DNA from: Planctomycetota bacterium
GTDB taxonomy: Bacteria > Planctomycetota > UBA1135 > UBA2386
Length of the DNA: 64,000 nt
Assembly: GCA_965228735.1 (NCBI GenBank)
Contig: OZ245838.1
Coordinates: 3,395,997-3,459,996, forward strand
Direction of reading: 5' to 3'
Shown here piece by piece: positions 59,030-64,000 of the stretch. The notes under the pieces were generated by a model. That model saw nothing but the letters and a program-made list of their open reading frames with translations. It was not told the origin of the DNA and ran no database searches. The stretch's first letter is position 1. The number at the start of each line of letters is the position of its first letter. Both the position numbers and the translations under genes were made by a program.

Positions 59030-60697
59030 ATGCCTCCGTGTCTCCCGCCCGCGCCCGCAGCCCAAGGGCAGCCGCTGGGCGCCGCGCTCGCCGCGGCAGC
59101 CTGGCTGATCGTCGGAACCATCGCGACCGGGGCCCGAACGTCGGCCCAGGCGCCGGGACTGCGGGTCTTTCAGGCCATCGGCAGTCTGCCGACGCGCATC
59201 GTCGACAACCTGGGCAACGTCGTGCACAGCTATCCCGGCGGCGCGGTCCTCTCGGCGCACGTCGCCGAGGACGGCACGCTCGTGCGCTCGCAGCAGATCG
59301 GCGGCATCGCGGTGCCGGGCGCGACCGGTCGGCTGCAGCGGCTCGCGTTCGACGGCACGGTGCTCTGGCAGTTCGACGTCTCGGGTCCGTTCGAGTATGC
59401 GCATCACGACATCGAGCCGATGCCGAACGGCAACGTGCTCGTGATCGCGTGGGATCGCTACACGACGGCCGACGCGATCGCCGCGGGTCGCGACCCCGGG
59501 CTCGTGTCCGGCACCGACTGGCTGCCCGATGCGATCCTCGAGATCGCGCCGACCGGGCCGACGGCGGGCGCGATTGTCTGGGAGTGGCACATGACGGATC
59601 ACGTGATCCAGGACTTCGACCCGACGCGCCCCGACTTCGGCGTCGTCGCCAACCACCCCGAACTGCTCGATCTCAACTACCCGCCCGTGCTCGTCACGGA
59701 CGGCGACTGGAATCACTTCAACGGACTCGACTACGACCCCGTCAACGACTGGATCATCGTCAGCTCCCGCGCGCAGAACGAGATCTACCTGATCGACCAC
59801 TCGACGACGACGGCCGAGGCCGCGGGTCACACGGGCGGCGCGCGCGGTCGCGGCGGCGACATCCTGTATCGCTGGGGCAACCCGGAGGCCTACCGCGCCG
59901 GCACGGCGGCCAACCTGACCCTCAACGGGCAGCACGACCCGCGTTTCGTGCCGCCGGGCTTCCCGGGTGCCGGCAACCTCACGATGTTCAACAACGTGTT
60001 CCTGCCGGGTCAGTCCGCCGTGCACGAGTTCGCGATCCCGCTCGACGCGCAGGGCAACCCGACGATCGACCCGGTCACGGGCCGCTACGGCCCGGCGGCA
60101 CCGACCTGGACGTTCACCGAACCCGGGTTCTTCTCCGCCGTGACATCGAGCGCCGAACGCCTGCCGAACGGCAACACGCTGATCTGCAGCGGCACGCAGC
60201 GTGAACTGCGGGAGGTCACGCCGGCCGGCCAGACCGTCTGGCAATTCAGCGATCCCGCCAACCCGTCGCTGCTCTTCCAGTGCAACTACGTCGATCGTTC
60301 CCTGTGGCACGACACGACCGAGCTGTCCGCGGGCGTCGGTGGCACGATCGGGCTCGGTCACCTCACGGGCTCGGCGCACGCCGGCGAGCTCTACCAATTG
60401 CTCGGCTCGATCTCGGGCACCGCCCCCGGCACGACGCTGCCCGGCGGCGTGCACCTGCCGCTCAACATCGACTTCCTCACGCAGAACATGGCGACGAACT
60501 ACAACAACGCGCTGTTCGTCGACACGATCGGCGCGCTCGACGGCATGGGCGCCGGAACCTCCGCGATCGTCGTGCAGCCAGGCCTCGTTCCGACCGCCCT
60601 CGTCGGGGTCGAACTCGACTTCGCCCACCTCGTCTGGGACGCGACGTTGTCACCCGTGCGCGCGAGCAATTCGGTGCGAGTGACGATCACGCCGTGA
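59030..60697 (+). CDS. Tandem paralogue of the ASST-like protein with the shared C-terminal domain
   Basis: ~65-70 % identical by eye to 57320-58927 over the whole length (FEYAHHDIEPMPNGNVLVIAWDRYT..., same C-terminal domain LYQLLGSISGTAPGTTLPGGVHLPLNID...LVGVELDFAHLVWD). Confidence 0.7.
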   Translation: MPPCLPPAPAAQGQPLGAALAAAAWLIVGTIATGARTSAQAPGLRVFQAIGSLPTRIVDNLGNVVHSYPGGAVLSAHVAEDGTLVRSQQIGGIAVPGATGRLQRLAFDGTVLWQFDVSGPFEYAHHDIEPMPNGNVLVIAWDRYTTADAIAAGRDPGLVSGTDWLPDAILEIAPTGPTAGAIVWEWHMTDHVIQDFDPTRPDFGVVANHPELLDLNYPPVLVTDGDWNHFNGLDYDPVNDWIIVSSRAQNEIYLIDHSTTTAEAAGHTGGARGRGGDILYRWGNPEAYRAGTAANLTLNGQHDPRFVPPGFPGAGNLTMFNNVFLPGQSAVHEFAIPLDAQGNPTIDPVTGRYGPAAPTWTFTEPGFFSAVTSSAERLPNGNTLICSGTQRELREVTPAGQTVWQFSDPANPSLLFQCNYVDRSLWHDTTELSAGVGGTIGLGHLTGSAHAGELYQLLGSISGTAPGTTLPGGVHLPLNIDFLTQNMATNYNNALFVDTIGALDGMGAGTSAIVVQPGLVPTALVGVELDFAHLVWDATLSPVRASNSVRVTITP

Positions 60698-60802
60698 TGG
60701 CGTACGGAACCTGGTTCAAACCGCAAGGCTGCTACGCGAGCCGCCTTCGGCGGCTCTCGCGTAGCAGCCTTGCGGTTTGAACCAGGTTCCGTACGCCATC
60801 AC
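60692..60802. repeat. ~110-nt near-perfect inverted repeat (two ~50-nt arms, ttc loop, one 2-nt bulge) spanning the stop codons of both convergent genes
   Basis: Read directly: ccgtgatggcgtacggaacctggttcaaaccgcaaggctgctacgcgagccgcc-ttc-ggcggctctcgcgtagcagccttgcggtttgaaccaggttccgtacgccatcacgg. Both genes end ...ccg tga (Pro-stop) inside the arms. Confidence 0.8.
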
Positions 60803-63800
60803 GGGGTGCGGTAGGCCAGCGTGAGCTTCGGGCGATCGGCAGCGGTGCCGTTCTGCACGGAGCCGAAGACCTTGGCCGTGCGCGTGCCGCTGATCTCGCT
60901 GCCGCGCACGATCCAGCCGTGGTTGCTCGACGCCGAGTCGAGCCAGCCCTGCGCGTCCGTGACCATCGCCGAGCTGCTCCAGACATAGGCGGCCTCACCG
61001 CCGACGACGCGCGACGCGGACTGGCCAAGGAAGTCACCACCCGCCGAGCTCCACGCCGACGTGCCAACGATCGCGCTGACCCACGTGGCGTCTCCCGTCG
61101 CCGCGGCGGTGCCACCGCCAATGTTGGAGTTCGACCCCGGAGCACCGGCTTCACCCCACTCCGTCGTCACCTCGGACAACGACACGACGACGTTGCCGAT
61201 CGCGTTGCTCGGGGTGTAGACATTGGTGAGCTGCAGCGACGTCGCGAGGATCGTCGAACTCGCCGTCACGTTGCCGGCGACGTCGAACTCGAGCAACGCC
61301 CGGCGTCGACCCTGCTGCGTCCCGTTCATGAGCGCGGCATTGCCGGCCACGAGCCGTGGATGCTGGCCGTTGCTGCGCGTCGTCGCCTCCGAGTAGATGC
61401 TCGTGTCCTTGCTCGGTTCGATCGTCACGACCGTGATGTAGCTGGCCTTGAGCTCGTCGTCGGTGCCGCCTGCACCCGTCGCGGTCAGCCGCACGGAGTA
61501 GGTTCCATCCGCCGGGTAGGTATGCGTCGGGTTCTGCTGCGTCGAGTCGGTCGTACCGTCGTTGTCGAAGTCCCACTGCCACGTCGTCGGGCTCCCGGTC
61601 GTGAGATCGGTGAACTGGATCGATGAACCGTTGTTCGCGCTCGTCGTGAAGTCCGCGACGACCGCGCCCGCGACCGCGACGTAACTGAGCTTGGTCTCGT
61701 CGTCGGTGCCGCCGGGACCCGTCGCCGTCAGCTTGACGGTGTAGTTGCCGGGCGACGTGTAGGTGAAGTTCGGGTTCTGCAGGGTCGAATCGACCGTGCC
61801 GTCGTTCTCGAAGTCCCACTGCCACGCCGTCGGGCTGCCCGTCGACGAATCGGTGAAGTTCACGAGCAGCGGCGCGCCGCCCGCGAGCGGCGTGCCGGAG
61901 AAGTCGGCGACGACCGGCGGGAACACCTGCACCGCGCCCGTCTTGACCTCGGTATCCGAACCGACGGAGTTGGTCGCGACGAGACTGACGTCGTAGGTGC
62001 CCACCGCGCTGTAGGTGAAGCTCGGGTTCTGTTCCGTCGAGTCGACCGTGCCGTCGTTCTCGAAGTCCCACGCCCAACTCGTCGCCGGACCGGTGGACGT
62101 GTCCGTGAACGTCACGTTGAGCGGCGAGCCGCCGGTCGCCGGCGTGATCGTGAAGTCCGCGGCGACCTGACCGAACGCGCTGATGAAGTCGGTCTCGGTC
62201 TTGGTGCCCTCCGTCACCGAGTTCTGCGCCGTGAGCTTGACCGAGTACGAACCGCCTGTGGTGTAGGTGTGGGTCGGGTTCTGCTCCGTCGAGTCGACGG
62301 TGCCGTCGTTGTCGAAGTCCCACGCCCACGACGTCGGGTTGCCCGACGATTCGTCGGTGAACGTGACCTCCAGGGGCACCTCGCCGGACTGCACCGACGC
62401 CGAGAAATCGACGATCACGCCCGATGTCTCCGCGAGGAACGACAGCATCACGTTCGTCGTATCCGACGTGCCGAGGTTGGTTGCGGCGGTCGAGTAGGCC
62501 ACGAAGCCCGTGCCGTAGGTCGCGCTGGCCAGGAACCCACCGAGCACCGGCCCGGTGGACGCGCCGTTGCCGTCCCCGCTCTCGCTCGCCGTCACGTTGG
62601 CGCGGAACGGCAGCACGAGATCGCCGTCGAGCTGGCTGACCTCGAGCAGGTAGATGTCGGTCTCACCGTTGGTATCGTCCCGCAGGACGTCGAGGTTGGT
62701 CGAGTCCGACTCGAACGCGATCGTCGCGCCAGAACCGGAGATCACGGGCGCGCGCGCATCGCCGTCGCCGATCGTCGGCGACGTGCTGTCGGGCGTGATG
62801 ACCTGATTGAGCAGCTTGGTGAACCCCGTCGCGCTGTCGAACAGGAAGGCGTTCGTCGTCGCGGTGACCGTCGTGAGATCGGTCTTGTCGGACTGGAACA
62901 CCGCGAGGATGCGGCCGCTGCCGTTCTCGTAGACGCTCACCGCGGAGCTCGCGCCGCCGCTGCCCTCGGCCCCGGCCGAGGACACGCTGGCGCGCGACCG
63001 GGTGTACGGCGGCACGGCGCTGACGGGCGTGACGAACACGTCGCGCACGGAGTTGGTATCGCTGCCGACCTGGTCCGTCGCGTCGGACTCGTAACCGACC
63101 GCGACGCCGTTGCTGCTGACGCTCGGCGCCTCGGACGAACCGTCGCCGCCCGTTGCCTGGTTCGAGACCGAGTGGCTCACGAGATCCGTCGTGTTGGCAT
63201 CGACGTCACGCACGAAGATGTCCGTGCCGCTGCCGTTGTTGTCCGTGAACGAGGTGATGAGATTGGTCGCGGCGGAGGCGAACGCGACGATCTCGCCGTT
63301 GCTGCCGCCGATCGACGGCGCGGTGGACGCCGCGTCGCCCTCGGTCGTCGTGGTGCCGGTGCGCGCGCTCACGAGCACGGGCGTCGACGAATCGACCGCG
63401 AGGTTGAGCCCGCCGGTCTCCGCGCCGCCCGTCGCGTTCTCTTCGGCCCGCAGCTCGACCGCGACGCGGAACACGTCGGTCGCGCTGTTCGTGTCGCCGG
63501 CGACGAGATTGGTCGCATCGCTCTGGAACGCCACGTAGATCGTGCCGATCGGGTTGGTCGCCGCCGCGTTGGCAGCATCGAACGTCGGGTTGGCCACGTA
63601 GACGACGGCGGGCGCGTTCGACGCGCCATTGCCCGCGGCCGTCGAACTCTGCACGCGACTGACCAGCGTGACATCCTTCACCGCATCCGCGTTGCCCGTG
63701 ACCATGCCGCCATCGTGCCACGCCTCGATGTCGCGGAAGAACGCCGACGAACCACCCGGCACCGTGCGAATGACACCGTCCGTGTCCTCGGGCTCGAGCA

Positions 63801-64000
63801 CCCCATCGTGATCGTCGTCGGCGATCCCGTTGCGGCCACCGACCTGCGGCAGGATGCCCGAATCGAGCGCCCAGAGGACGCGCTTGTCCGTGACGAAGTG
63901 CTCGAGTTCGTCGGCCGGAACACCCTGCGCCGCGGCCGCGAGCTCGGCGACCGTCCTGTTGCGGAAGTCGAACGACGCGGCCGGCGCCTGCCAGCCTTCG
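60799..64000 (-). CDS. Very large secreted multi-domain protein (TolB-like PD40 beta-propeller repeats, four PKD domains, C-terminal beta-sandwich); 5' end lies beyond the window
   Basis: The reading frame stays open to position 64000 (the MLEPED 'start' in the ORF track is only the first GTG). Repeats of the ...IAF.S.ATNLV..DTN...D.FV PD40 type. Four PKD units (WAWDFDNDGTVDSTEQNPTHTY...VKLTA). Ends ...LAYRTP. Confidence 0.65.
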   Translation of the reverse strand, partial: EGWQAPAASFDFRNRTVAELAAAAQGVPADELEHFVTDKRVLWALDSGILPQVGGRNGIADDDHDGVLEPEDTDGVIRTVPGGSSAFFRDIEAWHDGGMVTGNADAVKDVTLVSRVQSSTAAGNGASNAPAVVYVANPTFDAANAAATNPIGTIYVAFQSDATNLVAGDTNSATDVFRVAVELRAEENATGGAETGGLNLAVDSSTPVLVSARTGTTTTEGDAASTAPSIGGSNGEIVAFASAATNLITSFTDNNGSGTDIFVRDVDANTTDLVSHSVSNQATGGDGSSEAPSVSSNGVAVGYESDATDQVGSDTNSVRDVFVTPVSAVPPYTRSRASVSSAGAEGSGGASSAVSVYENGSGRILAVFQSDKTDLTTVTATTNAFLFDSATGFTKLLNQVITPDSTSPTIGDGDARAPVISGSGATIAFESDSTNLDVLRDDTNGETDIYLLEVSQLDGDLVLPFRANVTASESGDGNGASTGPVLGGFLASATYGTGFVAYSTAATNLGTSDTTNVMLSFLAETSGVIVDFSASVQSGEVPLEVTFTDESSGNPTSWAWDFDNDGTVDSTEQNPTHTYTTGGSYSVKLTAQNSVTEGTKTETDFISAFGQVAADFTITPATGGSPLNVTFTDTSTGPATSWAWDFENDGTVDSTEQNPSFTYSAVGTYDVSLVATNSVGSDTEVKTGAVQVFPPVVADFSGTPLAGGAPLLVNFTDSSTGSPTAWQWDFENDGTVDSTLQNPNFTYTSPGNYTVKLTATGPGGTDDETKLSYVAVAGAVVADFTTSANNGSSIQFTDLTTGSPTTWQWDFDNDGTTDSTQQNPTHTYPADGTYSVRLTATGAGGTDDELKASYITVVTIEPSKDTSIYSEATTRSNGQHPRLVAGNAALMNGTQQGRRRALLEFDVAGNVTASSTILATSLQLTNVYTPSNAIGNVVVSLSEVTTEWGEAGAPGSNSNIGGGTAAATGDATWVSAIVGTSAWSSAGGDFLGQSASRVVGGEAAYVWSSSAMVTDAQGWLDSASSNHGWIVRGSEISGTRTAKVFGSVQNGTAADRPKLTLAYRTP

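Overview
This is a 64 kb, ~70 % GC bacterial chromosomal segment. Its gene content looks Planctomycetota-like: a DUF1549/DUF1553 cytochrome-like gene paired with DUF1501, dockerin-like Cys/Asp repeats, a type-2 IleRS and many large secreted proteins. Housekeeping genes (rpsO-pnp, ileS, wecB) sit between accessory clusters. I found no CRISPR array, transposase or integrase. Because GC3 skew is high, nearly every real gene is shadowed by long Arg/Ala-rich antisense or off-frame ORFs, which I treat as artefacts.

Three things stand out.
1. A ~13 kb co-directional cluster at 17.3-30.5 kb. It encodes a periplasmic sensor partner, a hybrid histidine kinase with two receivers, and a 1,215-aa RTX/PKD-repeat adhesin with no signal peptide. 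These are followed by three HlyD-like periplasmic adaptor paralogues: one fused to an M50 site-2-protease-like membrane domain, one to a cytoplasmic GAF-like domain, plus a small PilZ-like protein. There is no ABC transporter in the cluster. This could be an undescribed, possibly c-di-GMP-responsive adhesin export or processing machine.
2. At least eight secreted proteins between 37 and 61 kb carry different N-terminal modules but the same ~100-aa C-terminal domain. The modules are a Kelch propeller, a beta-helix, a PQQ sugar-dehydrogenase-like propeller, two ASST-like propellers, a LamG-like jelly roll and two tandem-repeat proteins. The shared domain has the core 'LLGS-x-SGT-x-PG ... LPLN ... 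L-V-G' and looks like a family-wide C-terminal sorting or secretion tag that I do not recognise.
3. A membrane-tethered ECF sigma factor fused to transmembrane helices and a large periplasmic beta-sandwich region. It lies 4 nt downstream of one of the C-terminal-domain cargo genes.

Other oddities are listed in the findings. They include a PNPase with a lysine-rich N-tail and a ~400-aa Arg/Asp/Gly-rich C-tail. There is an orphan secretin-wecB-gspK-skp array next to a TetR/GT-C/GT2 module. A ~950 bp non-coding gap carries a promoter-like palindrome, a tRNA-like T-arm and an intrinsic terminator. A ~110-nt inverted repeat swallows the stop codons of two convergent genes. Short tandem repeats overlap gene 3' ends.

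All coordinates come from the supplied ORF track plus manual codon counting. Start codons are the least certain calls.
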